From an uncultured Novosphingobium sp. (GTDB lineage: Bacteria > Pseudomonadota > Alphaproteobacteria > Sphingomonadales > Sphingomonadaceae), in the NCBI GenBank assembly GCA_964468165.1, contig CAYXUN010000002.1, forward strand, positions 29,446 to 93,445: a stretch of 64,000 nt of DNA. Reading direction: 5' to 3'. How positions within the stretch are numbered: position 1 is the first letter of the stretch; every line of letters starts with the position of its first letter. Made by a program: the position numbers and the translations under genes. This document shows, piece after piece, positions 19,081-32,955 of this stretch. The notes under the pieces are model-generated. The model was given only the letters and a program-made list of their open reading frames with translations. It ran no database searches and was not told the DNA's origin.

Positions 19081-19116
19081 TCAAAGCCCGGCTGCGTGGA
19101 TGCAGCCGGGCTTTGA
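19081..19116. terminator. Bidirectional intrinsic terminator
   Basis: Perfect 15-bp stem TCAAAGCCCGGCTGC/GCAGCCGGGCTTTGA between convergent genes. Confidence 0.8.
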
Positions 19117-19120
19117 TGGC

Positions 19121-19804
19121 TTATTCATCCAGCTCCCAGCGGATCGAGCCGAGGTAGATGCCGGCGGTGGCCGCACCATTGGCATCGGTGGCGACGGTGA
19201 ACCGCGCACGGCTGGCGATCCGTGCACAGGCCGTTGCGTCCAGCAAGTCGTGCCCGCTGCTGGCGGTGATCGCGCAATCGGCCACGCGGCCGTCGCGGCC
19301 GATCGTCAGCCGGAACCGGGTTACGCCGGTCCAGCCCTCGCGCACCGCCTGGCCAGGATAATCGTTGCGCGTGACCCAGTCACCGGGGTTGCCCTTCGGT
19401 ATCGCGCGCTGCGGCGCGGCTTGGGTCTGCGGTTCGGGCGGGGGCGGGGTGAACGGTTCCAACGGCCGGATCACCACCGGCCCATCGTTGATCGGCGGCA
19501 GCGTGCTCGGTCCAACCTCGGGCAATGGATTGGCTGGAAGCAGCCTGTCGATCACCGGTGGTGTGGTATCCACGTGCGTGGGTGCGGTTGGGGGCGGCTT
19601 GCGCACAGGCGTCGTGGTTGGTTTGGTCGGCGGGGGTGGCACATAGGTCCAGTCGTTCCCCTGGAGGGTGTGGTGGATCACGGCCGTGATCGCGCCGCCG
19701 GCGAACGTGGTGAGAAGCGCGGCGCCGACTCCCAAATGGAGCAGGCCGACCGCAAGGCCGATGCGCAGCGAAGGACGACGGGCAGTCTGATCGACGTAAG
19801 CCAT
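19121..19804 (-). CDS. tonB: Energy transducer TonB
   Basis: N-terminal TM with His, Pro-rich linker, NDYP..REGWTG..DGRV.DC.I..SSG..LD C-terminal domain. Confidence 0.88.
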   Translation of the reverse strand: MAYVDQTARRPSLRIGLAVGLLHLGVGAALLTTFAGGAITAVIHHTLQGNDWTYVPPPPTKPTTTPVRKPPPTAPTHVDTTPPVIDRLLPANPLPEVGPSTLPPINDGPVVIRPLEPFTPPPPEPQTQAAPQRAIPKGNPGDWVTRNDYPGQAVREGWTGVTRFRLTIGRDGRVADCAITASSGHDLLDATACARIASRARFTVATDANGAATAGIYLGSIRWELDE

Positions 19805-19972
19805 GCGTTTCTCCTCTCAGCCATGTGCCGGCGGCCTGATTGTGCCTGCCGGGCAACGCCTGCGCGCTTCAAGCGCGTGGGTAGGCGGTGCAGGGGTGAT
19901 GGTATCACATGCCCTGGCATGACAAAGTGAAATCTCAACCGCGCTGGTAGTAATTGCACTGTGGCGCCTGCC

Positions 19973-20001
19973 TTGACCGGATCGGCCCTTTGGCGTAGGG
20001 G
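19973..20001 (+). promoter_or_regulatory. Putative sigma70 promoter of str operon
   Basis: TTGACC-N17-TAGGGG; same -10 as candidate tuf promoter. Confidence 0.55.
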
Positions 20002-20321
20002 CGCACTCGTTCCGGCGGCATTTGCGTGCTGCCGGCAAGTTAAAGAGCTGAACATTGCCGGTGCGCATGGGGCTGCAAGTGGCGGTAATCCGCCATGGGT
20101 GGCCCTTTTCCCTTTGGGTTGGATCTTGCCGAATCGGCAAGGGCGCCTGCCGGGATGCCAGCCGTCAAAGTAACCCGGTGCCGTTGGCCTGGGTGGAGTG
20201 TTTTCGGCTCATTCGATGCGTCATGCGCTGCGGCCTTGTGCCGAGCAGCGCTGGTCCATTGCATGAGACGTCTTTCCTTCACCTGTTCCGGCGTTGCCAT
20301 AACCAAGGTGAAGAGTACTTC

Positions 20322-20693
20322 ATGCCTACGATCAACCAGCTGATCCGCAAGGGTCGCGTCCCGCAGAAGGCCAAGAGCAAGGTCCCTGCGATGGAGCAGA
20401 ACCCGCAGAAGCGCGGCGTTTGCACCCGCGTCTACACGACCACCCCGAAGAAGCCGAACTCGGCTCTCCGCAAGGTCGCCAAGATCCGTCTGACCAACAG
20501 CCGCGAAGTCATTTCGTACATTCCCGGCGAAGGCCACAACCTGCAGGAACACTCCGTGGTGCTGATCCGCGGCGGCCGTGTGCGCGACCTTCCCGGCGTG
20601 CGCTACCACGTGCTGCGCGGCGTGCTCGACACGCAGGGCGTGAAGGACCGCAAGCAGAGCCGTTCGAAGTACGGCGCCAAGCGTCCGAAGTAA
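20322..20693 (+). CDS. rpsL: 30S ribosomal protein S12
   Basis: [26 protein letters not shown]. Confidence 0.99.
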   Translation: MPTINQLIRKGRVPQKAKSKVPAMEQNPQKRGVCTRVYTTTPKKPNSALRKVAKIRLTNSREVISYIPGEGHNLQEHSVVLIRGGRVRDLPGVRYHVLRGVLDTQGVKDRKQSRSKYGAKRPK

Positions 20694-20798
20694 TGGTGGC
20701 CGCAAGCGCGGCGGGCAGGGGCAGGTGATGCTCCGCCAGGCTGCCTTGCCGGAATGAGCGGCTAGCCTCGAAGCTGGCCCGATCAGAAGGAATTCAAC

Positions 20799-21269
20799 AT
20801 GTCACGTCGTCGTCGTCCGGAAAAGCGGGTCATCCTGCCCGATCCGAAGTTCGGTGATCAGGTTCTGTCGAAGTTCATGAACAACCTCATGCTCGATGGT
20901 AAGAAGTCGGTTGCCGAAAGCATCGTCTATGGCGCTCTCGACACCATGCAGACCCGTGCCAAGGCTGACCCGGTTCAGCTGTTCCACGATGCGCTCAACA
21001 ATGTGAAGCCGCACATCGAAGTGCGCTCGCGCCGCGTTGGTGGTGCCACCTACCAGGTTCCCGTGGAAGTGCGCCCCGAGCGCGCCCAGGCCCTGGCGAT
21101 TCGCTGGTTGATCACGGCCGCCCGCAACCGTTCGGAAACCACCATGTCGGCCCGCCTGTCGGCCGAACTGCTGGATGCCGCCAACAACCGTGGCAACGCC
21201 GTGAAGAAGCGCGAAGACACCCACCGCATGGCCGACGCCAACCGCGCGTTCAGCCACTACCGCTGGTAA
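20799..21269 (+). CDS. rpsG: 30S ribosomal protein S7
   Basis: [19 protein letters not shown]. Confidence 0.99.
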   Translation: MSRRRRPEKRVILPDPKFGDQVLSKFMNNLMLDGKKSVAESIVYGALDTMQTRAKADPVQLFHDALNNVKPHIEVRSRRVGGATYQVPVEVRPERAQALAIRWLITAARNRSETTMSARLSAELLDAANNRGNAVKKREDTHRMADANRAFSHYRW

Positions 21270-21373
21270 GCTTCCGAAAAACTGGTCACGTGGCCGTCTT
21301 CAAACGGTCACAGCAGTAACCATATGGGGTGGGCTGGAGCAATCCGGCCCTTCCCGAACCCAAGGAACACACC

Positions 21374-23438
<2,065 letters not shown>

Positions 23439-23446
<8 letters not shown>

Positions 23447-23467
23447 TCACTCTGATCAGGCTAGGGG
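23439..23467 (+). promoter_or_regulatory. Putative internal sigma70 promoter for tuf
   Basis: TTGCCT-N17-TAGGGG overlapping the fusA stop codon. Confidence 0.5.
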
Positions 23468-23535
23468 CGGCGCCTGATTCCGTCGGGTGCCGTACCCCGC
23501 AGAATTCACAGACAAGCGAATAGAAGGTTTGAACA

Positions 23536-24726
23536 ATGGCCAAGGCTAAGTTTGAGCGGAACAAGCCGCACTGCAACATCGGCACCATCGGTCACGTTGA
23601 CCATGGCAAGACCACGCTGACCGCAGCGATCACCAAGGTCCTGTCGGAAACCGGCGGCGCCCAGTTCACCGATTATGCCAACATCGACAAGGCTCCCGAA
23701 GAGCGCGAACGCGGCATCACCATCTCGACCGCACACGTCGAGTATGAAACTGCCAACCGTCATTACGCGCACGTCGACTGCCCGGGTCACGCTGACTATG
23801 TGAAGAACATGATCACCGGTGCCGCCCAGATGGACGGCGCGATCCTGGTGGTGAACGCTGCTGACGGCCCGATGCCGCAGACCCGCGAACACATCCTGCT
23901 CGCCCGCCAGGTCGGCGTGCCGGCTCTGGTCGTGTACATGAACAAGGTCGACCAGGTCGACGACGAGGAAATCCTCGAGCTCGTCGAACTCGAAGTTCGC
24001 GAACTGCTTTCGTCGTACGACTTCCCGGGCGACGATATTCCGATCGTCAAGGGTTCGGCTCTGGCCGCTCTCGAAGGTCGCGACGACGCCATCGGCAAGA
24101 ACTCGATCAACGCCCTGATGGAAGCTGTCGACAGCTACATCCCGCAGCCGCCGCGTCCGACCGACAAGCCCTTCCTGATGCCGGTCGAAGACGTGTTCTC
24201 GATCTCGGGTCGTGGTACGGTTGTGACCGGCCGCGTCGAAACCGGCATCGTCAAGGTGGGTGAAGAAGTCGAAATCATCGGCCTCAAGGACACCCAGAAG
24301 ACCACCGTCACCGGCGTGGAAATGTTCCGCAAGCTGCTCGACCAGGGCGAAGCTGGCGACAACATCGGTGCCCTGATCCGTGGCATCAAGCGTGAAGAAG
24401 TCGAGCGTGGCCAGGTTCTCGCCAAGCCCGGTTCGGTGACCCCGCACACCGAATTCGCCGCCGAAGTCTACGTGCTGTCGAAGGACGAAGGTGGCCGTCA
24501 CACGCCGTTCTTCGCCAACTACCGCCCGCAGTTCTACTTCCGCACCACCGACGTCACCGGTGAAGTGGTTCTCCCCGAAGGCACCGAAATGGTGATGCCG
24601 GGCGACAACCTCACCCTGTCGGTCAAGCTGATCGCGCCGATCGCCATGGACGAAGGTCTTCGCTTCGCCATCCGCGAAGGCGGCCGGACCGTCGGTTCGG
24701 GGGTTGTCAGCAAGATCACGAAGTAA
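23536..24726 (+). CDS. tuf: Elongation factor Tu
   Basis: [21 protein letters not shown]. Confidence 0.99.
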   Translation: MAKAKFERNKPHCNIGTIGHVDHGKTTLTAAITKVLSETGGAQFTDYANIDKAPEERERGITISTAHVEYETANRHYAHVDCPGHADYVKNMITGAAQMDGAILVVNAADGPMPQTREHILLARQVGVPALVVYMNKVDQVDDEEILELVELEVRELLSSYDFPGDDIPIVKGSALAALEGRDDAIGKNSINALMEAVDSYIPQPPRPTDKPFLMPVEDVFSISGRGTVVTGRVETGIVKVGEEVEIIGLKDTQKTTVTGVEMFRKLLDQGEAGDNIGALIRGIKREEVERGQVLAKPGSVTPHTEFAAEVYVLSKDEGGRHTPFFANYRPQFYFRTTDVTGEVVLPEGTEMVMPGDNLTLSVKLIAPIAMDEGLRFAIREGGRTVGSGVVSKITK

Positions 24727-24733
24727 TATAGGC

Positions 24734-24777
24734 GCCGGACCGGCGGGAGATTCGCTCTCCCGCCGGACGGTCTTTTT
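24734..24777 (+). terminator. Intrinsic terminator after tuf
   Basis: CCGGCGGGAGA/TCTCCCGCCGG stem followed by T-run. Confidence 0.7.
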
Positions 24778-24872
24778 GATCAGTCGCCCCGCTTTCTCCC
24801 CATCCATCGGGAGGGGATCAGAGGGTAGGGCGGCTGGTTTTTGTTTTCGCTCTTTCGCATCGGTAAACGGAC

Positions 24873-25184
24873 ATGGAAGCCCAGAACATCCGCATTCGCC
24901 TCAAGGCCTTCGATCATCGCGTACTGGACCAGGCCACTGGTGAAATCGCGGACACCGCCCGCCGCACCGGCGCCCTGATTCGTGGTCCCATTCCGCTGCC
25001 GACCCGCATCGAGAAGTTCTGCGTCAACCGCGGTCCGCACATCGACAAGAAGTCGCGCGAACAGTTTGAAGTCCGCACCTACAAGCGCCTGCTTGACATC
25101 GTGCAGCCCAACGCTGCCACTGTCGACGCGCTGATGAAGCTGGACCTCGCTGCCGGCGTGAACGTCGAGATCAAGCTGGCCTGA
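24873..25184 (+). CDS. rpsJ: 30S ribosomal protein S10
   Basis: [25 protein letters not shown]. Confidence 0.99.
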   Translation: MEAQNIRIRLKAFDHRVLDQATGEIADTARRTGALIRGPIPLPTRIEKFCVNRGPHIDKKSREQFEVRTYKRLLDIVQPNAATVDALMKLDLAAGVNVEIKLA

Positions 25185-25513
25185 TGCCAGCGCCCTGGCC
25201 CCGCCCCCACATGTGTGGCGGGCAGGGCGGCCTGACCGAGCCTCATCGGTTTCCAGTTACGGATCACTCGTGATCCACCATCTCTTCCGGCCCTGAGGCT
25301 GGCTTGGCGGAAAATTCGTTCTGCCGCGACAAAAGGGATACCTCCGGCCTCCTGCCGCTGCCTTCGGGCGCGGCGCCAAGGGTCGGGAAAGCGTCCCCCG
25401 TTCGCTCCTGTTCAGGCAGGGGCACTCAGCCCGGACGGGGCATGCTTCTTATACGGGCTGAACACGCCTTTGGGGGATGGGCCCTCGAAGGCCTCTGTGA
25501 GGAGTATGAGATC

Positions 25514-26239
25514 ATGCGCACCGGCGTGATCGCGAAGAAGGTGGGTATGACCCGCCTGTTCCAGGAAGATGGTCGGCACGTGCCGGTCACCGTCCTTTCG
25601 CTTGAAGATTGCCAGGTGGTTTCGGTCCGCACTGCCGAACGTGACGGTTACGTCGCGCTTCAGCTGGGTGCTGGCGAAGCCAAGCAGAAGAACGTTGCCA
25701 AGCCGCAGCGCGAGCACTTCGCCAAGGCAGAAGTGCCGCTGAAGATGCAGGTCGCCGAGTTCCGCGTCGCTGATGACGCGCTGCTCGATGTCGGTGCCAG
25801 CATCGCCGCTTCGCACTTCGTTGCTGGCCAGTACGTGGACATCACCGGCCACACCCAGGGCAAGGGCTTTGCCGGCGCCATGAAGCGTTGGGGCTTCGGC
25901 GGTATGCGCGCCACGCACGGCGTGTCGATCTCGCACCGTGCCCACGGTTCGACCGGTAACCGCCAGGACCCGGGTCGCGTCTTCAAGAACAAGAAGATGG
26001 CCGGCCACATGGGCGACCGTCAGCGCACCCAGCAGAACCTCGAAATCGTTCGCACCGACGATGCGCGCGGCCTGATCTTCGTCAAGGGCTCGGTCCCGGG
26101 CGCGAAGAACGGCTGGCTGCTCGTTCGTGACGCGGTCAAGGTCGCTCGCCACGCTGAAGCGCCCTATCCCGCTGGCCTCAAGGCCGCCAACACCAACGAA
26201 CAGGCCGCTCCCGAAGCCGCCGCTGGCCAGGAGGGCTAA
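25514..26239 (+). CDS. rplC: 50S ribosomal protein L3
   Basis: [28 protein letters not shown]. Confidence 0.99.
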   Translation: MRTGVIAKKVGMTRLFQEDGRHVPVTVLSLEDCQVVSVRTAERDGYVALQLGAGEAKQKNVAKPQREHFAKAEVPLKMQVAEFRVADDALLDVGASIAASHFVAGQYVDITGHTQGKGFAGAMKRWGFGGMRATHGVSISHRAHGSTGNRQDPGRVFKNKKMAGHMGDRQRTQQNLEIVRTDDARGLIFVKGSVPGAKNGWLLVRDAVKVARHAEAPYPAGLKAANTNEQAAPEAAAGQEG

Positions 26240-26242
26240 GTC

Positions 26243-26866
26243 GTGAAGGTTCAAGTCCTCAATCTGGACGGTTCGGCCGCCGGCGACGTGGAACTCGCAG
26301 ATGACGTGTTCGGTCTCGAACCGCGCGCCGACATCCTGCACCGCGTTGTGACCTGGCAGCTGGAAAACCGTCGTGGCACGGCCCGTGGCGCTCGCGAGCG
26401 TTCGGACGTTGCCCGCACCGGCAAGAAGTTCGGCCGTCAGAAGGGTGGTGGTACCGCTCGTCACGGCGACCGCAAGGCCCCGATCTTCATCGGCGGTGGC
26501 AAGGCCCATGGTCCGCGCGTTCGTGATTTCAGCGTTTCGCTGAACAAGAAGGTGCGCGCACTCGGTCTCAAGATGGCGCTCTCGTCGAAGGCCCAGAACG
26601 GCCTCGTCGTGGTCGACACCCTGGAACTGACCGATGCCAAGACCAAGGCGCTGGCCGGTACGCTGGCCAAGGCCGGCTTCGGCAAGAAGGTGCTCGTCGT
26701 GGATGGTGAGCAGGTCAACGAGGGCTTTGCCCGCGCGGCCCGCAACATCGTTGGCGTCAACGTGCTCCCCGCGATCGGCGCCAACGTCTACGACATCCTG
26801 AAGCATGATACGCTGGTGCTGACGCGCGCCGCGGTCGAGAAGCTGGAGGCGCGTTTCAATGGCTAA
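26243..26866 (+). CDS. rplD: 50S ribosomal protein L4
   Basis: [19 protein letters not shown]. Confidence 0.99.
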   Translation: MKVQVLNLDGSAAGDVELADDVFGLEPRADILHRVVTWQLENRRGTARGARERSDVARTGKKFGRQKGGGTARHGDRKAPIFIGGGKAHGPRVRDFSVSLNKKVRALGLKMALSSKAQNGLVVVDTLELTDAKTKALAGTLAKAGFGKKVLVVDGEQVNEGFARAARNIVGVNVLPAIGANVYDILKHDTLVLTRAAVEKLEARFNG

Positions 26867-27164
26867 GGACGCAATCGACACGCGTCACTATGACGTGATC
26901 GTGGCTCCCCACATCACCGAAAAGGCGACGCTGCTGAGCGAAAACAATGCCGTGGTCTTCAAGGTTGCCGAAAAGGCGACCAAGCCGGAGATCAAGGCGG
27001 CGGTGGAAGCTCTCTTCAATGTCACGGTCACCAAGGTGAACACGCTGACCCAGAAGGGGAAGACCAAGCGCTGGAAGGGCAAGCCCTACAAGCGCACCGA
27101 CGTCAAGAAGGCCGTCGTGACCCTGGCCGCGGGCCAGTCGATCGACGTCACCAGCGGTATCTGA
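26859..27164 (+). CDS. rplW: 50S ribosomal protein L23
   Basis: PHITEKA, KKAVVTL. Confidence 0.98.
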   Translation: MAKDAIDTRHYDVIVAPHITEKATLLSENNAVVFKVAEKATKPEIKAAVEALFNVTVTKVNTLTQKGKTKRWKGKPYKRTDVKKAVVTLAAGQSIDVTSGI

Positions 27165-27180
27165 GGCGAAGGCATAGACC

Positions 27181-28017
27181 ATGGCACTCAAGAGCTATAA
27201 CCCGACCAGCCCCGCACGCCGCGGCCTGGTCCTCGTCGACAAGTCGGCTCTGTGGAAGGGCAAGCCTGTCAAGGCTTTGACCGAAGGCAAGAGCAAGACC
27301 GGCGGCCGCAACAACAAGGGCCACGTGACCAGCCGCGGTATCGCGGGCGGCCACAAGCAGAAGTACCGCTTCATCGACTTCAAGCGTCGTAAGTGGGACA
27401 TGCCGGCCACTGTCGAGCGTCTGGAATACGATCCCAACCGCACCGCGTTCATCGCCCTCGTCACGTACGAAGACGGTGAGCAGGCCTACATCCTGGCGCC
27501 GCAGCGCCTGGCCGTGGGCGACGTGGTGGTTGCCGGTGAGAAGACCGACGTGAAGCCTGGCAATGCGATGCTCCTGTCGCAGATGCCGGTCGGTACCATC
27601 ATCCACAACGTGGAAATGAAGCCGGGCAAGGGCGGTCAGATCGCCCGTTCGGCCGGTACCTACGTCCAGCTCGTCGGTCGTGACCGCGGCATGGTGATCG
27701 TTCGCCTGAACTCGGGCGAGCAGCGCTACCTGCGTGGCGACTGCATGGGCACCGTCGGCGCCGTGTCGAACCCCGACAACTCGAACCAGAATCTTGCCAA
27801 GGCCGGTCGTAACCGCTGGCTTGGCCGTCGTCCGTTGACGCGCGGTGTGGCAAAGAACCCGGTCGACCACCCGCACGGTGGTGGTGAAGGTCGCACTTCG
27901 GGTGGCCGTCATCCGGTCACTCCGTGGGGCAAGCCGACCAAGGGCGCCCGCACCCGTCACAACAAGAAGACGGACAAGTTCATCATTCGTTCGCGCCACG
28001 CGAAGAAGAAGAGGTAA
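27181..28017 (+). CDS. rplB: 50S ribosomal protein L2
   Basis: [20 protein letters not shown]. Confidence 0.99.
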   Translation: MALKSYNPTSPARRGLVLVDKSALWKGKPVKALTEGKSKTGGRNNKGHVTSRGIAGGHKQKYRFIDFKRRKWDMPATVERLEYDPNRTAFIALVTYEDGEQAYILAPQRLAVGDVVVAGEKTDVKPGNAMLLSQMPVGTIIHNVEMKPGKGGQIARSAGTYVQLVGRDRGMVIVRLNSGEQRYLRGDCMGTVGAVSNPDNSNQNLAKAGRNRWLGRRPLTRGVAKNPVDHPHGGGEGRTSGGRHPVTPWGKPTKGARTRHNKKTDKFIIRSRHAKKKR

Positions 28018-28023
28018 GACCCC

Positions 28024-28302
28024 ATGGCACGTTCCGTCTGGAAGGGCCCCTTCGTCGACTTGCACCTCCTGAAGAAGGCCGAAGTGGCCCAGGATGCTGG
28101 CAGCCGCGCTGGCCCGATCAAGACCTGGTCGCGTCGTTCGACCATCATTCCGCAGTTCGTTGGTTTGACGTTCAACGTCTACAACGGGCAGAAGTTCATC
28201 CCCGTCTCCGTGAGCGAAGAGATGGTCGGCCACAAGCTTGGTGAATTTGCGCCGACGCGCAACTTCCCCGGCCACGCCGCTGACAAGAAGGGCAAGCGCT
28301 GA
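28024..28302 (+). CDS. rpsS: 30S ribosomal protein S19
   Basis: [19 protein letters not shown]. Confidence 0.99.
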   Translation: MARSVWKGPFVDLHLLKKAEVAQDAGSRAGPIKTWSRRSTIIPQFVGLTFNVYNGQKFIPVSVSEEMVGHKLGEFAPTRNFPGHAADKKGKR

Positions 28303-28679
28303 TGAGCAAGTCTGCTGCTCCCCGCCGCGTTGGCGAAAAGGAAGCTCTGGCCGTCAACACGAACATTCGTGGTTCGGCCCAGAAGCTCAACCTCGTCGCC
28401 GCGCTCATCCGTGGCATGAAGGCCGAAGACGCCCTCAATGTCCTGTCCTTCTCCAAGAAGGCCATGGCGGTTGATGCCCGCAAGGTGCTCGCTTCGGCGA
28501 TCGCCAACGCGGAAAACAACCACAACCTGGACGTCGACGCACTGGTCGTGGCGGAAGCCTCGGTCGGCAAGTCGATCACGATGAAGCGCTTCCACACGCG
28601 TGGTCGTGGCAAGTCGACCCGCATCCTGAAGCCGTTCTCGCGCCTTCGGATCGTCGTCCGTGAAGTCGAGGAGGCCTGA
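28302..28679 (+). CDS. rplV: 50S ribosomal protein L22
   Basis: [13 protein letters not shown]. Confidence 0.98.
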   Translation: MSKSAAPRRVGEKEALAVNTNIRGSAQKLNLVAALIRGMKAEDALNVLSFSKKAMAVDARKVLASAIANAENNHNLDVDALVVAEASVGKSITMKRFHTRGRGKSTRILKPFSRLRIVVREVEEA

Positions 28680-28682
28680 GCC

Positions 28683-29378
28683 ATGGGTCACAAGTCGAAC
28701 CCCATCGGTCTGCGTCTGCAGATCAACCGCACCTGGGACAGCCGCTGGTACGCCGAAGGGCGCAACTACCAGCAGCTGCTGAAGGAAGACCTTCAGATCC
28801 GCAAGTTCATCGTCGAGAGCCTGCCGCAGGCAGCGATCTCGAAGGTGGTGATCGAGCGTCCGGCCAAGCTGTGCCGCATCTCGATCTACGCGGCTCGTCC
28901 GGGTGTGATCATCGGCAAGAAGGGTGCGGACATTGAAAAGCTCCGCGCCAAGCTTGCCAAGCTGACCAACAGCGACGTGAAGCTGAACATCGTTGAAATC
29001 CGCAAGCCGGAAATCGATGCCAAGCTCGTTGCCCAGGGCATTGCCGACCAGCTCGTTCGTCGCGTGGCGTTCCGCCGTGCGATGAAGCGCGCCGTTCAGT
29101 CGGCCCTGCGTCTTGGTGCCGAAGGCATCAAGATCACCTGCGGCGGCCGTCTCGGCGGGGCGGAAATCGCCCGCGTCGAATGGTACCGTGAAGGTCGCGT
29201 TCCGCTGCACACCCTGCGCGCGAACATCGACTACGCCGAAGCCGAAGCCCACACCGCCTACGGCGTGATCGGCATCAAGACCTGGATCTTCAAGGGCGAG
29301 ATCCTGGGTCATGACCCGCTGGCGCAGGACCGCCTGATGCTTGAGGCACAGACCTCTGGCGTCCGTCCGGCGCGCTGA
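28683..29378 (+). CDS. rpsC: 30S ribosomal protein S3
   Basis: [20 protein letters not shown]. Confidence 0.99.
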   Translation: MGHKSNPIGLRLQINRTWDSRWYAEGRNYQQLLKEDLQIRKFIVESLPQAAISKVVIERPAKLCRISIYAARPGVIIGKKGADIEKLRAKLAKLTNSDVKLNIVEIRKPEIDAKLVAQGIADQLVRRVAFRRAMKRAVQSALRLGAEGIKITCGGRLGGAEIARVEWYREGRVPLHTLRANIDYAEAEAHTAYGVIGIKTWIFKGEILGHDPLAQDRLMLEAQTSGVRPAR

Positions 29379-29400
29379 GGCTTGAGGATAGGCTAGCACC

Positions 29401-29835
29401 ATGCTGCAACCCAAGAAGACCAAGTTCCGCAAGGCGTTCAAGGGCCGTCTCCACGGCAACGCCAAGGGCGGCACCGACCTCAACTTCGGCTCCTACGGCC
29501 TCAAGGCCCTGGAACCGGAGCGGGTCACCGCTCGTCAGATCGAAGCGGCTCGCCGCGCGATCACCCGCCACATCAAGCGCCAGGGCCGTCTCTGGATCCG
29601 CATCTTCCCTGACCTTCCGGTGACCAAGAAGCCGGCAGAAGTCCGTCAGGGTAAGGGCAAGGGTTCGGTGGAATACTGGGCTGCCCGCGTGAAGCCCGGC
29701 AAGATCCTGTTCGAGCTCGACGGCGTCGCCGGCCCCCTGGCCGCCGAAGCTTTCAGCCGCGCTGCGATGAAGCTGCCGATCAAGACCAAGGTTGTGGCTC
29801 GCCTCGGCGACACGTCGCACCTTGGTGGCGAGTAA
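29401..29835 (+). CDS. rplP: 50S ribosomal protein L16
   Basis: [19 protein letters not shown]. Confidence 0.99.
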   Translation: MLQPKKTKFRKAFKGRLHGNAKGGTDLNFGSYGLKALEPERVTARQIEAARRAITRHIKRQGRLWIRIFPDLPVTKKPAEVRQGKGKGSVEYWAARVKPGKILFELDGVAGPLAAEAFSRAAMKLPIKTKVVARLGDTSHLGGE

Positions 29836-29844
29836 GGAGTAGGA

Positions 29845-30051
29845 ATGATGGCTAAGTTCGAAGACCTCCGCGTCAAGAGCGACGACCAGCTGACTGCTGA
29901 CCTCGCCGAGCTGAAGCGCGAACAGTTCAACCTGCGCTTCCAGGCGGCGACCAGCCAGCTGGAGCGTCCGGCGCGCATCAAGGAAGTGCGCCGCGACATC
30001 GCGCGGATCAAGACCTTGCAGGGCGAGCGTGCTCGCACTGCCAAGGCTTAA
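29845..30051 (+). CDS. rpmC: 50S ribosomal protein L29
   Basis: [15 protein letters not shown]. Confidence 0.98.
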   Translation: MMAKFEDLRVKSDDQLTADLAELKREQFNLRFQAATSQLERPARIKEVRRDIARIKTLQGERARTAKA

Positions 30052-30062
30052 GGAGACACACG

Positions 30063-30332
30063 ATGCCCAAGCGTATCCTGATCGGGACCGTGGTTTCCGA
30101 CAAGACCGACAAGACCGTGGTCGTGAAGGTCGAGCGCAAGGTGAAGCACCCGCTGTACGGGAAGATCATCCGCCGCTCGAAGAAGTATCACGCCCACGAT
30201 GAGGCGAATGCCTTCAAGACCGGCGAGACGGTGCGGATCGAAGAGACCGCACCTTACTCCAAGCTCAAGACCTGGAAGGTTATCGACCGGGTTCTGGCTG
30301 GGAAGACCGCCGCGATCGAAGCGGACGTTTGA
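30063..30332 (+). CDS. rpsQ: 30S ribosomal protein S17
   Basis: GTVVSDK, HPLYGK, AHDE. Confidence 0.98.
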   Translation: MPKRILIGTVVSDKTDKTVVVKVERKVKHPLYGKIIRRSKKYHAHDEANAFKTGETVRIEETAPYSKLKTWKVIDRVLAGKTAAIEADV

Positions 30333-30420
30333 CAAAACGTCCGTTCTCGGTCTTAGGGAGCGTCACGTTTTTGGAACTGCCGGACTGGTTCCGGCAAGCC
30401 AGTGAGAAGGAACCGGATCA

Positions 30421-30789
30421 ATGATCCAGATGCAATCCAATCTCGACGTCGCGGACAACAGCGGCGCCAAGCGCGTCCAGTGCATCAAGGTGCTGGGCGG
30501 GTCGAAGCGTCGTACCGCGAGCGTCGGCGACATCATCGTGGTGTCGGTGAAGGAGGCGCAGCCCCGCGCCCGTGTCAAGAAGGGCGACGTCCATCGCGCG
30601 GTGATCGTGCGCACCAAGAAGGACGTTCGTCGTCCCGATGGCAGCGTGATCCGCTTTGACGGCAACGCCGCCGTGCTCGTCGGCAAGAACGAAGAGCCCA
30701 TCGGCACCCGTATCTTCGGCCCCGTGGTGCGCGAACTGCGCGGCAAGGGCTTCATGAAGATCATCTCGCTTGCCCCGGAGGTGCTGTAA
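30421..30789 (+). CDS. rplN: 50S ribosomal protein L14
   Basis: [16 protein letters not shown]. Confidence 0.99.
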   Translation: MIQMQSNLDVADNSGAKRVQCIKVLGGSKRRTASVGDIIVVSVKEAQPRARVKKGDVHRAVIVRTKKDVRRPDGSVIRFDGNAAVLVGKNEEPIGTRIFGPVVRELRGKGFMKIISLAPEVL

Positions 30790-31106
30790 TGGCTGCCGCC
30801 AAGATCAAGAAGGGCGATAACGTCGTCGTTCGCTCGGGCAAGGACAAGGGTCGTACCGGCACCGTCCTTCAGGTTCTTCCCAAGGAAGACAAGGTCGTCG
30901 TGGCCGGCGTGAACGTCGCTGCCCGTCACCGCAAGCCCAGCCAGCAGAACCCGCAGGGTGGCATCGATCGCTTTGAAGCGCCGATGCACATCTCGAAGGT
31001 TGCCGTGGCCGACAAGGATGGCAAGCCCACCCGCGTCCGCTTCGAAACCCGCGATGGCAAGAAGGTTCGCGTGGCCGTCAAGTCCGGGGAGGCCATCGAT
31101 GGCTGA
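30789..31106 (+). CDS. rplX: 50S ribosomal protein L24
   Basis: KKGD.V....GKDKG KOW motif. Confidence 0.98.
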   Translation: MAAAKIKKGDNVVVRSGKDKGRTGTVLQVLPKEDKVVVAGVNVAARHRKPSQQNPQGGIDRFEAPMHISKVAVADKDGKPTRVRFETRDGKKVRVAVKSGEAIDG

Positions 31107-31680
31107 CAAGTACACTCCGCGCCTCAAGGGCAAGTACGACGCTGAAATCGCCGCGGCGATGAAGGCGAAGTTCGGCTACAAGAACGACCTGGAAATTCCG
31201 CGGATCGACAAGATCACGCTGAACATGGGCGTTGGCGAAGCGAGCCAGGACAAGAAGAAGGTCCAGACCGCCGCTGCCGAAATGGAACTGATCGCCGGCC
31301 AGAAGCCCGTGATCACCAAGGCCAAGAAGTCGATCGCGCAGTTCAAGCTGCGCGAAGGCATGCCGATCGGTTGCAAGGTCACCCTGCGCCGCGAACGCAT
31401 GTACGAATTCCTTGACCGCCTGATCACCATCGCGATGCCCCGCATCCGCGACTTCCGGGGCCTGAACCCGAAGTCGTTCGACGGCCGTGGCAACTATGCG
31501 ATGGGTCTCAAGGAACAGATCATTTTCCCTGAGATCAGCTACGATCAGATCGACAAGGTGCGCGGTCTCGACATCATCGTGACCACCACCGCCAAGACCG
31601 ACGACGAGGCACGTGAACTGCTTCGCCTGTTCGGTTTCCCGTTCCCGCAGGAAGCCGCCGAACAGGCGCAGGCCGCCTGA
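31099..31680 (+). CDS. rplE: 50S ribosomal protein L5
   Basis: [21 protein letters not shown]. Confidence 0.99.
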   Translation: MADKYTPRLKGKYDAEIAAAMKAKFGYKNDLEIPRIDKITLNMGVGEASQDKKKVQTAAAEMELIAGQKPVITKAKKSIAQFKLREGMPIGCKVTLRRERMYEFLDRLITIAMPRIRDFRGLNPKSFDGRGNYAMGLKEQIIFPEISYDQIDKVRGLDIIVTTTAKTDDEARELLRLFGFPFPQEAAEQAQAA

Positions 31681-31708
31681 AGCCAGTCATAGGAAAGAGC
31701 TTAAGTCC

Positions 31709-32014
31709 ATGGCGAAACTGAGTTCGATCAACAAGAACGAGCGTCGTAAGAAGCTCGTTGAAAAGTTTGCGGCCAAGTATGCCGCGCTCAAGGCCCAGGC
31801 CGACGACGAATCGCTCGACGAAACCGAGCGCCTCATCGCCCGTCTGAAGATGGCCGAGCTGCCGCGTAACGCGAATCCCACGCGTGTCCGCAACCGTTGC
31901 AACACCACCGGCCGCCCGCGTGGCTACTACCGCAAGTTCGGCCTCTGCCGCGTCGAACTGCGCGATCTCGCCAACAAGGGGCTCATCCCCGGCGTGACGA
32001 AGTCGAGCTGGTAA
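31709..32014 (+). CDS. rpsN: 30S ribosomal protein S14 (long, zinc-independent form)
   Basis: [21 protein letters not shown]; 101 aa. Confidence 0.98.
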   Translation: MAKLSSINKNERRKKLVEKFAAKYAALKAQADDESLDETERLIARLKMAELPRNANPTRVRNRCNTTGRPRGYYRKFGLCRVELRDLANKGLIPGVTKSSW

Positions 32015-32026
32015 GGAGCCTCAACG

Positions 32027-32422
32027 ATGGCATTGACCGACCCCCTGGGTGATATGCTCACCCGCATCCGCAACGGCCAGCAGGCGAAGAAGGACTCGGT
32101 CCTCTCGCCCGCGTCCAAGCTGCGTGCACACGTTCTCGAAGTTCTCCAGCGCGAAGGCTATATCCGTGGCTTCAGCGAGGACGCCACCGGCGCCCACCCG
32201 CAGCTGCGCATCGAGCTGAAGTACTTCGAAGGCCAGCCCGCGATCAAGCATGTGGCCCGCGTCTCCAAGCCTGGCCGCCGCGTCTACTCGGGTTCCAAGG
32301 AACTCCCGGTGGTGCGCAACGGCCTTGGCATCACCATCGTCTCGACGCCCAAGGGCGTGCTTTCGGATGCCGAAGCGCGCGCTGCCAACGTCGGTGGCGA
32401 AGTGCTGGCGGAGGTGTTCTGA
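32027..32422 (+). CDS. rpsH: 30S ribosomal protein S8
   Basis: [16 protein letters not shown]. Confidence 0.99.
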   Translation: MALTDPLGDMLTRIRNGQQAKKDSVLSPASKLRAHVLEVLQREGYIRGFSEDATGAHPQLRIELKYFEGQPAIKHVARVSKPGRRVYSGSKELPVVRNGLGITIVSTPKGVLSDAEARAANVGGEVLAEVF

Positions 32423-32955
32423 TGAGCCGCATCGGCAAAAAGCCGGTGGCGATCCCGAGTGGCGTCACCGCTAACATCGCGAACGGCGTGCTGACCGTGA
32501 AGGGCCCCAAGGGCACCCTCACGCTCTCGCTCGTCGACGAGATCAACTATGCCGTCGAAGACGGTGCGATCTCGGTGCAGCCTGCCAACGACACCAAGCG
32601 CGCTCGCGCGTTCTGGGGCATGCAGCGCACGCTCGTTTCCAACCTCGTTACCGGCGTGACCGAAGGCTATACCAAGGTCCTTCTGATCACCGGCGTCGGC
32701 TACCGCGCCAATGCTCAGGGCAAGAACCTGAAGCTGCAGCTCGGCTACAGCCACGACGTCGATTTCGCCGTGCCGGAAGGCATCGAGATCAAGACCCCGG
32801 ATAACACCACGGTCGAAATCTCGGGTATCGACAAGCAGAAGGTCGGCCAGGTTGCGGCCGAAATTCGCCGCTGGCGCAAGCCCGAACCCTACAAGGGCAA
32901 GGGTATCAAGTACCGTGGCGAGTTCATCTTCCGCAAGGAAGGGAAGAAGAAGTAA
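32422..32955 (+). CDS. rplF: 50S ribosomal protein L6
   Basis: [14 protein letters not shown]. Confidence 0.99.
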   Translation: MSRIGKKPVAIPSGVTANIANGVLTVKGPKGTLTLSLVDEINYAVEDGAISVQPANDTKRARAFWGMQRTLVSNLVTGVTEGYTKVLLITGVGYRANAQGKNLKLQLGYSHDVDFAVPEGIEIKTPDNTTVEISGIDKQKVGQVAAEIRRWRKPEPYKGKGIKYRGEFIFRKEGKKK

